A stretch of 64,000 nucleotides of DNA from Eledone cirrhosa (Eukaryota), in the NCBI GenBank assembly GCA_964016885.1, contig OZ024740.1, forward strand, positions 278,690,001 through 278,754,000, read 5' to 3'. The notes beneath the pieces were generated by a model, which was not told the DNA's origin, did not search any database, and worked only from the letters and a program-made list of their open reading frames with translations. The position numbers and the translations under genes were made by a program. Shown here in pieces: positions 51,913 to 64,000 of the stretch. Within the stretch, counting starts at the first letter, position 1; each line of letters starts with the position of its first letter.

Positions 51913-51955
51913 GTCACTGAAGAGGTCATAGAATGTGTGACGAAAGAACTTTGAC
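51913..51955 (+). ncRNA. Minimal type I hammerhead ribozyme
   Basis: gtca-CTGAAGA-g gtcata gaatg tgtgac-GAAA-gaac-TT-tgac. Confidence 0.65.
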
Positions 51956-52174
51956 AATATATGAACAATCGTCTGGTTGTGGAACCAACCAACGAACCGG
52001 AAATTTATAAATTCTTAAATTTATAAATTTAATTTATAATAAATTGAAGTGAAAGCAACTGGTGCGTGTGTTTCTTATTGGCAACATGACTCTCCCAAAG
52101 CATAACAATATCGGTTTCAACACACGTTTTCAGATAAAGAATCTTGCTAAACAAATTCAGAAACGAAATATATA

Positions 52175-52562
52175 TATACAAGTAAAAATATTTTCAAAAC
52201 AGCGAGTGGGTTTGAAATTATTAGAAATGTAAGCTATCGCCGTATTTTGACAGAAGAAATTAAAGAAATTATTTAGCCTGATAGTGGGGTTAAGAACCCT
52301 CGGAGAAATGGAAAAAGATGAGTATTGACGTACATGGGAGTCGAACCCACATCTTTGGTTATCACCATTTACACCAACACATTACCCTGTTGGTGTAAAC
52401 AATAGCACAGTGGTCCGGATAACCAAAGATGTGGGTTCGACTCCCATGTACGTCAATACTCATCTTTTTCCATTTCTCCGAGGGTTCTTAACCCCACTAT
52501 CAGGCTAAATAATTTCTTTAATTTTTTTAGTCAAAATACGGCGATAGCTTATATTTATAATA
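52175..52562 (+). mobile_element. Longest copy of the tRNA-headed fold-back element; tRNA-like segment at 52391-52455
   Basis: D arm gtgt/gcac, anticodon-like arm tggt-ccggata-acca, T arm gtggg-TTCGACT-cccat; 5' acceptor strand absent at the inversion junction. Confidence 0.7.
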
Positions 52563-52729
52563 ATATATATATACATTTATATATATAAGTATATATGTAT
52601 GTATATATATATATATATACATTGTCCAAAGTGTTGTTTTTATTTAAGACAATATAGTGTAATTTGAGTGACAATGTAGAAACCACCCTCGTTTACTAAA
52701 AAGGGTGTGTGTGTCTATGTTGATGTACA

Positions 52730-53560
52730 TGTGCGCGTGTATGTATGCACGCGTGTGTACGTGTGTACGCGCGTCTGTGTGTACCCGTGAGTGTGTGCGC
52801 GTCCATGTCAGGTACGTGCTCCCATGTGTGTGAGTGCACACTTATGGGTGTCAACGCTCTCGTGTATGTATCTGTGTGTGTGTGTGTGCACGCCCATGTC
52901 TGCGTGTGTGTGCGCGCTCCTGTGTGTGTGTATGTGTGCGCTCTCCCCTATGTGTGTGTGTGTGTGCACCCATGTCTGCGTGTGTGTGCGCGCTCCTGTG
53001 TGTGTGTATGTGCACACCAGTGTGTTTGTGCACTCTCATGTTTGTGTGCGCTCTCCCATGTGTGTGTGTGTGCGCACGCCCATGTCTGCGTGTGTGAGTG
53101 TGCGCGCTCATATCTGCGTGTGTGTGTGCACGTGCTCCCATGTGTGTGTATGTGCCCACCCGTGTGTGTTGGTGCGCCTCCATGTGTGTGTGTCTCTGTG
53201 TGCGCACTCACATGTGTGTGTCTGTATATGTGTCCTCCCGTGTGTGTGTCTGTGAGTGCGCGCTCCCGTGTGCGTGTGTGTGTGTGCACGCTCACATGTG
53301 TATGTGTCTGTGTGTGCACGCTCCCGTGTGTATGTACCTGTGTGTGCACGCTCCCATGTGTGTGTACGCTCCCATGTGTATGTGTCTCTGCGAGCGCGCT
53401 CCCATGTGTGTGCGTTTGTGTGTGCGCGCTCACATGTGTATGTGTATGGGTGTGCGCGCTCCTATGTGTGTGCGTCTGTGTGTGCACGCTCACATGAGTA
53501 TGTGCCTCTGTGTGCACGCTCCCATGTGCATGTGTCTGTCTGTGCGCGCTTCCGTGAATA
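52730..53560. repeat. Degenerate TG-rich minisatellite (~26-30 bp, cacgctcccatgtgtgtg..)
   Basis: Recurrent cgctccc(a/g)tgtg motif within TG dinucleotide runs. Confidence 0.75.
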
Positions 53561-56500
53561 TGTGCGTGCTTCAGTGAGTATGTGGGTACTTCAGTGAGTA
53601 TGTGGGTACTTCAGTGAGTATGTGGGTGCTTCAGTGTGTATGTGGGTACTTCAGTGAGTATGTGGGTACTTCAGTGAGTATGTGGGTACTTCAGTGAGTA
53701 TGTGCGTGCTTCAGTGAGTATGTGGGTACTTCAGTGAGTATGTGGGTGCTTCAGTGAGTATGTGGGTACTTCAGTGAGTATGTAGGTACTTCAGTGAGTA
53801 TGTGGGTACTTCAGTGAGTATGTGGGTACTTCAGTCAATATGTGGATACTTCAGTGAGTATGTGGGTACTTCAGTGAGTATGTGGGTGCCTCAGTGAGTA
53901 TGTGGCTTCTTCAGTGAGTATGTGGGTGCTTCAGTGAGTATGTGGGTACTTCAGTGAGTATGTGGGTACTTCAGTGAGAATGTGGGTACTTCAGTGAGTA
54001 TGTGGGTGCTTCAGTGAGTATGTGGGTGCTTCAGTGAGTATGTGGGTGCTTCAGTGAGCATGTGGGTACTTCAGTGAGTATGTGGGTACTTCAGTGAGTA
54101 TGTGGGTGCCTCAGTGAGTATGTGGCTTCTTCAGTGAGTATGTGGGTGCTTCAGTGAGTATGGGGGTACTTCAGTGAGTATGTGCGTGCTTCAGTGAGTA
54201 TGTGCGTGCTTCAGTCAGTATGTGGGTACTTCAGTGAGTATGTGGGTACTTCAGTGAGTATGTGGGTACTTCAGTGAGTATGTGGGTACTTCAGTGAGTA
54301 TGTGGGTGCTTCAGTGAGTATGTGGGTACTTCAGTGAGTATGTGGGTGCCTCAGTGAGTATGTGGCTTCTTCAGTGAGTATGTGGGTGCTTCAGTGAGTA
54401 TGTGGGTACTTCAGTGAGTATGTGGGTACTTCAGTGAGTATGTGGGTACTTCAGTGAGTATGTGGGTACTTCAGTGAGTATGTGGGTACTTCAGTGAGTA
54501 TGTGGGTGCTTCAGTGAGTATGTGGGTACTTCAGTGAGTATGTGTGTGCTTCAGTGAGTATGTGGGTACTTCAGTGAGTATGTGGGTGCTTCAGTGAATA
54601 TGTGGGTGCTTCAGTAAGTATGTGGGTACTTCAGTGAGTATGTGGGTACTTCAGTGAGTATGTGGGTACTTCAGTGAGTATGTGGGTACTTCAGTGAGTA
54701 TGTGGGTGCTTCAGTGAATATGTGGGTGCTTCAGTGAGTATGTGGGTACATCAGTGAGTATGTGCGTGCTTCAGTGAGTATGTGGGTACTTCAGTGAGTA
54801 TGTGGGTGCTTCAGTGAGTATGTGGGTACTTCAGTGAGTATGTGGGTACTTCAGTGAGTATGTGGGTACTTCAGTGAGTATGTGGGTGCTTCAGTGAATA
54901 TGTGGGTGCTTCAGTGAGTATGTGGGTACTTCAGTGAGTATGTGGGTACTTCAGTGAGTATGTGGGTACTTCAGTGAATATGTGGGTGCTTCAGTGAATA
55001 TGTGGGTACTTCACTGAGTATGTGCATGCTTCAGTGAGTATGTGCGTGCTTCAGTGAGTATGTGCGTGCTTCAGTGAGTATGTGCGTGCTTCAGTGAGTA
55101 TGTGGGTACTTCAGTGAATATGTGGGTACTTCAGTGAGTATGTGGGTACTTCAGTGAGTATGTGGGTGCTTCAGTGAGTATGTGGGTACTTCAGTGAGTA
55201 TGTGGGTACTTCAGTGAGTATGTGGGTACTTCAGTGAGTATGTGGGTGCTTCAGTGAGTATATGGGTACTTCAGTGAGTATGTGGGTACGACAGTGAGTA
55301 TGTCCGTGCTTCAGTGAGTATGTGGGTACTTCAGTGAGTATGTGGGTACTTCAGTGAGTATGTGGGTACTTCAGTGAGTATGTGGGTACTTCAGTGAGTA
55401 TGTGGGTGCTTCAGTGAGAATGTGGGTGCTTCAGTGAGTATGTGGGTACTTCAGTGAATATGTGAGTGCTTCAGTGAGGATGTGGGTGCTTCAGTGAGTA
55501 TGTGGGTGCTTCAGTGAGTATGTGGGTACTTCAGTGAGTATATGGGTACTTCAGTGAGTATGTGGGTACTTCAGTGAGTATGTGGGTGCTTCAGTGAGTA
55601 TGTGGGTACTTCAGTTAGTATGTGGGTGCTTCAGAGAGAATGTGCGTGCTTCAGTGAGTATGTGGGTACTTCAGTGAGTATGTGGGTGCTTCAGTGAGTA
55701 TGTGGGTGCTTCAGTGAGTATGTGGGTGCTTCAGTGAGTATGTGGGTACTTCAGTGAGTATGTGGGTGCTTCAGTGAGTATGTGGGTGCTTCAGTGAGTA
55801 TGTGGGTGCTTCAGTGAGTATGTGGGTACTACAGTGAGTATGTGGGTACTTCAGTGAGTATGTCGGTACTTCAGTGAGTATGTGGGTACTTCAGTGAGTA
55901 TGTGGGTGCTTCGTGTGTATGTGGGTACATAAGTGAGTATGTGGGTACTTCAGTGAGCTTGTGGGTACTTCAGTGAATATGTGGGTGCTTCAGTGAGTAT
56001 GTGGGTGCTTCAGTGAGTATGTGGGTACTTCAGTGAGTATGTGGGTACTTCAGTGAGTATGTGCGTGCTTCAGTGAGTATTGGGTACTTCAGTGAGTATG
56101 TGGGGACTTCAGTGAGTATTGGGTACTTCAGTGAGTATGTGGGTACTTCAGTGAGTATGTGGGTGCATCAGTGAGTATGTGCGTGCTTCAGTGAGTATGT
56201 GGGTACTTCAGTGAGTATGTGGGTACTTCAGTGAGTATGTGGGTACTTCAGTGAGTATTGGGTACTTCAGTGCGTATGTGGGGACTTCAGTGAGTATTGG
56301 GTACTTCAGTGAGTATGTGGGTGCTTCATTGGGTATGTTGGTGCTTCAGTGAGTATGTGGGTGCTTCAGTGAGTATGTGGGTGCTTCATTGAGTATGTGG
56401 GTGCTTCAGTGAGTATGTGGGTGCTTCAGTGAGTATGTGGGTACTTCAGTGAGTATGTGGGTGCTTCATTGAGTATGTGGGTGCTTCAGTCAGTATGTGG

Positions 56501-59500
56501 GTACTTCAGTGAGTATGTGGGTACTTCAGTGAGTATATGGGTGCTTCAGTGAGTATGTGGGTGCTTCAGTGAGTATGTGGGTGCTTCAGTGAGTATGTGG
56601 GTACTTCAGTGAGTATGTGGGTACTTCAGTGAGTATGTGGGTACTTCAGTGAGTATGTGCGTGCTTCAGTGAGTATGTGGGGACTTCAGTGAGTATTGGG
56701 TACTTCAGTGAGTATGTGGGTACTTCAGTGAGTATGTGGGTGCATCAGTGATTATGTGCGTACTTCAGTGAGTATGTGGGTGCTTCAGTGAGTATGTGGG
56801 TACTACAGTGAGTATGTGGGTACTTCAGTGAGTATGTCGGTACTTCAGTGAGTATGTGGGTACTTCAGTGAGTATGTGGGTGCTTCGTGTGTATGTGGGT
56901 ACATAAGTGAGTATGTGGGTACTTCAGTGAGCTTGTGGGTGCTTCAGTGAGTATGTGGGTGCTTCAGTGAGTATGTGGGTACTTCAGTGAGTATGTGGGT
57001 ACTTCAGTGAGTATGTGGGTACTTCAGTGAGTATTGGGTACTTCAGCGAGTATGTGGGGACTTCAGTGAGTATTGGGTACTTCAGTGAGTATCTGGGTGC
57101 TTCATTGGGTATGTGGGTGCTTCAGTGAGTATGTGGGTGCTTCAGTGAGTATGTGGGTGCTTCATTGAGTATGTGGGTGCTTCAGTGAGTATGTGGGTGC
57201 TTCAGTGAGTATGTGGGTCCTTCAGTGAGTATGTGGGTGCTTCAGTTAGTATGTGGGTGCTTCAGTGAGTATGTGGGTACTTCAGTGAGTATGTGGGTGC
57301 TTCAGTGAGTATGTGGGTGCTTCAGTGAGTATGTGGGTGCTTCAGTGAGTATGTGGGTACTACAGTGAGTATGTGGGTACTTCAGTGAGTATGTCGGTAC
57401 TTCAGTGAGTATGTGGGTACTTCAGTGAGTATGTGGGTGCTTCGTGTGTATGTGGGTACATAAGTGAGTATGTGGGTACTTCAGTGAGCTTGTGGGTACT
57501 TCAGTGAATATGTGGGTGCTTCAGTGAGTATGTGGGTGCTTCAGTGAGTATGTGGGTACTTCAGTGAGTATGTGGGTACTTCAGTGAGTATGTGCGTGCT
57601 TCAGTGAGTATTGGGTACTTCAGTGAGTATGTGGGGACTTCAGTGAGTATTGGGTACTTCAGTGAGTATGTGGGTACTTCAGTGAGTATGTGGGTGCATC
57701 AGTGAGTATGTGCGTGCTTCAGTGAGTATGTGGGTACTTCAGTGAGTATGTGGGTACTTCAGTGAGTATGTGGGTACTTCAGTGAGTATTGGGTACTTCA
57801 GTGAGTATGTAGGGACTTCAGTGAGTATTGGGTACTTCAGTGAGTATGTGGGTGCTTCATTGGGTATGTTGGTGCTTCAGTGAGTATGTGGGTGCTTCAG
57901 TGAGTATGTGAGTACTTCAGTGAGTATGTGGGTGCTTCAGTGAGTATGTGGGTGCTTCATTGAGTATGTGGGTGCTTCAGTGAGTATGTGGGTACTTCAG
58001 TGAGTATGTGGGTACTTCAGTGAGTATGTGGGTGCTTCAGTGAGTATGTGGGTGCTTCAGTGAGTATGTGGGTGCTTCATTGAGTATGTGGGTGCTTCAG
58101 TGAGTATGTGGGTGCTTCAGTGAGTATGTGGGTGCTTCATTGAGTATGTGGCTGCTTCAGTTAGTATGTGGGTGCTTCAGTGAGTATGTGGGTACTTCAG
58201 TGAGTATGTGGGTGCTTCAGTGAGTATGTGGGTGCTTCATTGAGTATGTGGGGGCTTCAGTGAGTATGTGGGTACTTCAGTGAGTATGTGGGTACTTCAG
58301 TGAGTATGTGGGTGCTTCAGTGAGTATGTGGGTGCTTCAGTGAGTATGTGGGTGCTTCATTGAGTATGTGGGTGCTTCAGTGAGTATGTGGGTACTTCAG
58401 TGAGTATGTGAGTGCTTCAGTGAGTATGTGGGTACTTCAGTGAGTATGTGGGTGCTTCATTGAGTATGTGTGTGCTTCAGTGAGTATATGGGTACTTCAG
58501 TGAGTATGTGGGTACTTCAGTGAGTATGTGGGTGCTTCATTGAGTATGTGGGTGCTTCAGTGAGTATTGGGTACTTCAGTGAATATGTGGGTGCTTCAGT
58601 GAGTATGTGGGCGTTTCAGTGAGTATGTGGGTACTTCAGTGAGTATGTGGGTGCTTCAGTGAGTATTGGGTACTTCAGTGCGTATGTGGGGACTTCAGTG
58701 AGTATTGGGTACTTCAGTGAGTATGTGGGTGCTTCAGTGAGTATTTGGGTGTTTCAGTGAGTATGTGGGTACTTCAGTGAGTATGTGGGTACTTCAGTGA
58801 GTATGTGCGTGCTTCAGTGAGTATGTGGGTACTTAAGTGAGTATGTGCGTGCTTCAGTGAGTATGTGGGTGCTTCAGTGAGTATGTGGGTACTTCAGTGA
58901 CTATGTGCGTGCTTCAGTGAGTATGTGCGTGCTTCAGTGAGTATGTGGGTACTTCAGTGAGTATGTGGGTGCTTCAGTGAGTATGTGGGTGCGTCAGTGA
59001 GTATGTGCGTGCTTCAGTGAGTATGTGGGTACTTCAGTGAGTATGTGGGTACTTCAGTGAGTATGTGCGTGCTTCAGTGAGTATGTGGGTGCTTCAGTGA
59101 GTATGTGGGTACTTCAGTGTGTATGTGGGTGCTTCAGTGAGAATGTGGGTGCTTCTGTGAGTATGTGGGTACTTCAGTGAATATGTGGGTGCTTCAGTGA
59201 GTATGTGGGTGCTTCAGTGAGTATGTGGGTGCTTCAGTGAGTATGTGGGTACTTCAGTGAGTATATGGGTACTTCAGTGAGTATGTGGGTACTTCAGTGA
59301 GTATGTGGGTGCTTCAGTGAGTATGTGGGTACTTCAGTTAGTATGTGGGTGCTTCAGAGAGAATGTGCGTGCTTCAGTGAGTATGTGGGTACTTCAGTGA
59401 GTATGTGGGTGCTTCAGTGAGTATGTGGGTGCTTCAGTGATTATGTGGGTGCTTCAGTGAGTATGTGGGTGCTTCAGTGAGTATGTGGGTGCTTCAGTGA

Positions 59501-62500
59501 GTATGTGGGTGCTTCAGTGAGTATGTGCGTGCTTCAGTGAGTATGTGGGTCCTTCAGTGAGTATGTGGGTGCTTCAGTGAGTATGTGGGTGCTTCAGTGA
59601 GTATGTGGGTGCTTCAGTGAGTATGTGGGTACTTCAGTGAGTATGTGGGTGCTTCAGTGAGTATGTGGGTGCTTCAGTGAGTATGTGGGTGCTTCAGTGA
59701 GTATGTGGGTACTACAGTGAGTATGTGGGTACTTCAGTGAGTATGTCGGTACTTCAGTGAGTGTGTGGGTACTTCAGTGAGTATGTGGGTGCTTCGTGTG
59801 TATGTGGGTACATAAGTGAGTATGTGGGTACTTCAGTGAGCTTGTGGGTACTTCAGTGAATATGTGGGTGCTTCAGTGAGTATGTGGGTACTTCAGTGAG
59901 TATGTGGGTACTTCAGTGAGTATGTGGGTACTTCAGTGAGTATGTGCGTGCTTCAGTGAGTATTGGGTACTTCAGTGAGTATGTGGGGACTTCAGTGAGT
60001 ATTGGGTACTTCAGTGAGTATGTGGGTACTTCAGTGAGTATGTGGGTGCATCAGTGAGTATGTGCGTGCTTCAGTGAGTATGTGGGTACTTCAGTGAGTA
60101 TGTGGGTACTTCAGTGAGTATGTGGGTACTTCAGTGAGTATTGGGTACTTCAGTGAGTATGTGGGGACTTCAGTGAGTATTGGGTACTTCAGTGAGTATG
60201 TGGGTGCTTCATTGGGTATGTTGGTGCTTCAGTGAGTATGTGGGTGCTTCAGTGAGTATGTGGGTGCTTCATTGAGTATGTGGCTGCTTCAGTTAGTATG
60301 TGGGTGCTTCAGTGAGTATGTGGGTACTTCAGTGAGTATGTGGGTGCTTCAGTGAGTATGTGGGTGCTTCATTGAGTATGTGGGTGCTTCAGTGAGTATG
60401 TGGGTACTTCAGTGAGTATGTGGGTACTTCAGTGAGTATGTGGGTGCTTCAGTGAGTATGTGGGTGCTTCAGTGAGTATGTGGGTGCTTCATTGAGTATG
60501 TGGGTGCTTCAGTGAGTATGTGGGTACTTCAGTGAGTATGTGAGTGCTTCAGTGAGTATGTGGGTACTTCAGTGAGTATGTGGGTGCTTCATTGAGTATG
60601 TGGGTGCTTCAGTGAGTATGTGGGTACTTCAGTGAGTATGTGGGTACTTCAGTGAGTAAGTGGGTGCTTCATTGAGTATGTGGGTGCTTCAGTGAGTATT
60701 GGGTACTTCAGTGAATATGTGGTGCTTCAGTGAGTATGTGGGTGTTTCAGTGAGTATGGGGGTACTTCAGTGAGTATGTGGGTGCTTCAGTGAGTAAGTG
60801 GGTACTTCAGTGAGTATGTGGGTGCTTCAGTGAGTATTTGGGTGTTTCAGTGAGTATGTGGGTACTTCAGTGAGTATGTGGGTACTTCAGTGAGTATGTG
60901 CGTGCTTCAGTGAGTATGTGGGTACTTCAGTGAGTATGTGCGTGCTTCAGTGAGTATGTGGGTGCTTCAGTGAGTATGTGGGTACTTCAGTGACTATGTG
61001 CGTGCTTCAGTGAGTATGTGCGTGCTTCAGTGAGTATGTGGGTACTTCAGTGAGTATGTGGGTGCTTCAGTGAGTATGTGGGTGCGTCAGTGAGTATGTG
61101 CGTGCTTCACTGAGTATGTGGGTACTTCAGTGAGTATGTGGGTACTTCAGTGAGTATGTGCGTGCTTCAGTGAGTATGTGGGTACTTCAGTGAGTATGTG
61201 GGTACTTCAGTGAGTATGTGCGTGCTTCAGTGAGTATGTGGGTGCTTCAGTGAGTATGTGGGTACTTCAGTGTGTATGTGGGTGCTTCAGTGAGAATGTG
61301 GGTGCTTCAGTGAGTATGTGGGTACTTCAGTGAATATGTGAGTGCTTCAGTGAGTATGTGGGTGCTTCAGTGAGTATGTGGGTGCTTCAGTGAGTATGTG
61401 GGTACTTCAGTGAGTATATGGGTACTTCAGTGAGTATGTGGGTACTTCAGTGAGTATGTGGGTGCTTCAGTGAGTATGTGGGTACTTCAGTTAGTATGTG
61501 GGTGCTTCAGAGAGAATGTGCGTGCTTCAGTGAGTATGTGGGTACTTCAGTGAGTATGTGGGTGCTTCAGTGAGTATGTGGGTGCTTCAGTGATTATGTG
61601 GGTGCTTCAGTGAGTATGTGGGTGCTTCAGTGAGTATGTGGGTGCTTCAGTGAGTATGTAGGTGCTTCAGTGAGTATGTGCGTGCTTCAGTGAGTATGTG
61701 GGTCCTTCAGTGAGTATGTGGGTGCGTCAGTGAGTATGTGGGTGCTTCAGTGAGTATGTGTGTGCTTCAGTGAGTATGTGGGTACTTCAGTGAGTATGTG
61801 GGTGCTTCAGTGAGTATGTGGGTGCTTCAGTGAGTATGTGGGTGCTTCAATGAGTATGTGGGTACTACAGTGAGTATGTGGGTACTTCAGTGAGTATGTC
61901 GGTACTTCAGTGAGTATGTGGGTACTTCAGTGAGTATGTGGGTGCTTCGTGTGTATATGGGTACATAAGTGAGTATGTGGGTACTTCAGTGAATTTGTGG
62001 GTACTTCAGTGAATATGTGGGTGCTTCAGTGAGTATGTGGGTGCTTCAGTGAGTATGTGGGTACTTCAGTGAATATGTGGGTACTTCAGTGAGTATGTGC
62101 GTGCTTCAGTGAGTATTGGGTACTTCAGTGAGTATGTGGGGACTTCAGTGAGTATTGGGTACTTCAGTGAGTATGTGGGTACTTCAGTGAGTATGTGGGT
62201 GCATCAGTGAGTATGTGCGTGCTTCAGTGAGTATGTGGGTACTTCAGTGAGTATGTGGGTACTTCAGTGAGTATGTGGGTACTTCAGTGAGTATTGGGTA
62301 CTTCAGTGAGTATGTGGGGACTTCAGTGAGTATTGGGTACTTCAGTGAGTATGTGGGTGCTTCATTGGGTATGTGGGTGCTTCAGTGAGTATGTGGGTGC
62401 TTCAGTGAGTATGTGGGTGCTTCATTGAGTATGTGGGTGCTTCAGTGAGTATGTGGGTGCTTCAGTGAGTATGTGGGTACTTCAGTGAGTATGTGGGTGC

Positions 62501-64000
62501 TTCAGTGAGTATGTGGGTGCTTCAGTGAGTATGTGGGTGCTTCAGTGAGTATGTGGGTGCTTCAGTGAGTATGTGCGTGCTTCAGTGAGTATGTGGGTCC
62601 TTCAGTGAGTATGTGGGTGCTTCAGTGAGTATGTGGGTGCTTCAGTGAGTATGTGGGTGCTTCAGTGAGTATGTGGGTACTTCAGTGAGTATGTGCGTGC
62701 TTTAGTGAGTATGTGGGTGCTTCAGTGAGTATGTGGGTGCTTCAGTGAGTATATGGGTACTACAGTGAGTATGTGGGTACTTCAGTGTGTATGTCGGTAC
62801 TTCAGTGAGTATGTGGGTACTTCAGTGAGTATGTGGGTGCTTCGTGTGTATGTGGGTACATAAGTGAGTATGTGGGTACTTCAGTGAGCTTGTGGGTACT
62901 TCAGTGAATATGTGGGTGCTTCAGTGAGTATGTGGGTGCTTCAGTGAGTATGTGGGTACTTCAGTGAGTATGTGGGTACTTCAGTGAGTATGTGCGTGCT
63001 TCAGTGAGTATTGGGTACTTCAGTGAGTATGTGGGGACTTCAGTGAGTATTGGGTACTTCAGTGAGTATGTGGGTACTTCAGTGAGTATGTGGGTGCATC
63101 AGTGAGTATGTGCGTGCTTCAGTGAGTATGTGGGTACTTCAGTGAGTATGTGGGTACTTCAGTGAGTATGTGGGTACTTCAGTGAGTATTGGGTACTTCA
63201 GTGCGTATGTGGGGACTTCAGTGTGTATTGGGTACTTCAGTGAGTATATGGGTGCTTCATTGGGTATGTTGGTGCTTCAGTGAGTATGTGGGTGCTTCAG
63301 TGAGTGCTTCATTGAGTATGTGGGTGCTTCAGTGAGTATGTGGGTGCTTCAGTGAGTATGTGGGTACTTCAGTGAGTATGTGGGTGCTTCTGTGAGTATG
63401 TGGGTGCTTCATTGAGTATGTGGGTGCTTCAGTGAGTATGTGGGTACTTCAGTGAGTATGTGGGTACTTCAGTGAGTATGTGGGTGCTTCAGTGAGTATG
63501 TGGGTGCTTCAGTGACTATGTGGGTGCTTCATTGAGTATGTGGGTGCTTCAGTGAGTATGTGGGTACTTCAGTGAGTATGTGGGTGCTTCAGTGAGTATG
63601 TGGGTACTTCAGTGAGTATGTGGGTGCTTCATTGATTATGTGGGTGCTTCAGTGAGTATGTGGGTACTTCAGTGAGTATGTGGGTACTTCAGTGAGTATG
63701 TGGGTGCTTCATTGAGTATGTGGGTGCTTCAGTGAGTATTGGGTACTTCAGTGAATATGTGGGTGCTTCAGTGAGTATGTGGGCGTTTCAGTGAGTATGT
63801 GGGTACTTCAGTGAGTATGTGGGTGCTTCAGTGAGTATGTGGGTACTTCAGTGAGTATGTGGGTGCTTCAGTGAGTATGTGGGGGTTTCAGTGAGTATGT
63901 GGGTACTTCAGTGAGTATGTGGGTACTTCAGTGAGTATGTGCGTGCTTCAGTGAGTATGTGGGTACTTCAGTGAGTATGTGCGTGCTTCAGTGAGTATGT
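53550..64000. repeat. 20-bp tandem minisatellite/satellite (TTCAGTGAGTATGTGGGTRC)n, about 520 units, runs off the window
   Basis: Directly visible 20-bp period with occasional 19-bp variants. Confidence 0.98.

Noticed and set aside
52391-52455. Functional tRNA gene
   Set aside because: The 5' acceptor strand is missing, the anticodon loop is atypical and it lies inside a repeated palindromic element.
53550-64000. Telomeric repeat or CRISPR
   Set aside because: The 20-bp unit has no spacers and does not match TTAGGG-type repeats; it is an ordinary minisatellite/satellite.

Overview
Repeat-saturated animal genomic DNA with no recognisable host gene. The SINE family and (TA)n/(TG)n richness suggest a cephalopod-like mollusc (inference). 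Most ORF-track entries are microsatellite artefacts. Recognisable content: Penelope-like (PLE, Naiad-type) RT/GIY-YIG fragments, one with a nearly intact frame running off the left edge; decayed RTE, R4/Dong and Tx1/L1 LINEs, one Tx1 near full length inside a (GATA)n tract; tRNA-derived SINEs; MITEs; and a >10 kb 20-bp minisatellite. The most striking structure is not protein-coding. The (TA)n tracts are packed with short fold-back elements that carry type I hammerhead ribozyme (HHR) motifs from at least a dozen sequence-distinct families. The largest is a homogeneous 310-bp tandem array (22757-27219) with one minimal HHR per unit (14 copies) and a central inversion, resembling a retrozyme/circRNA-derived insertion made by PLE machinery. 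All ribozyme calls come from manual base-pair inspection and are untested.
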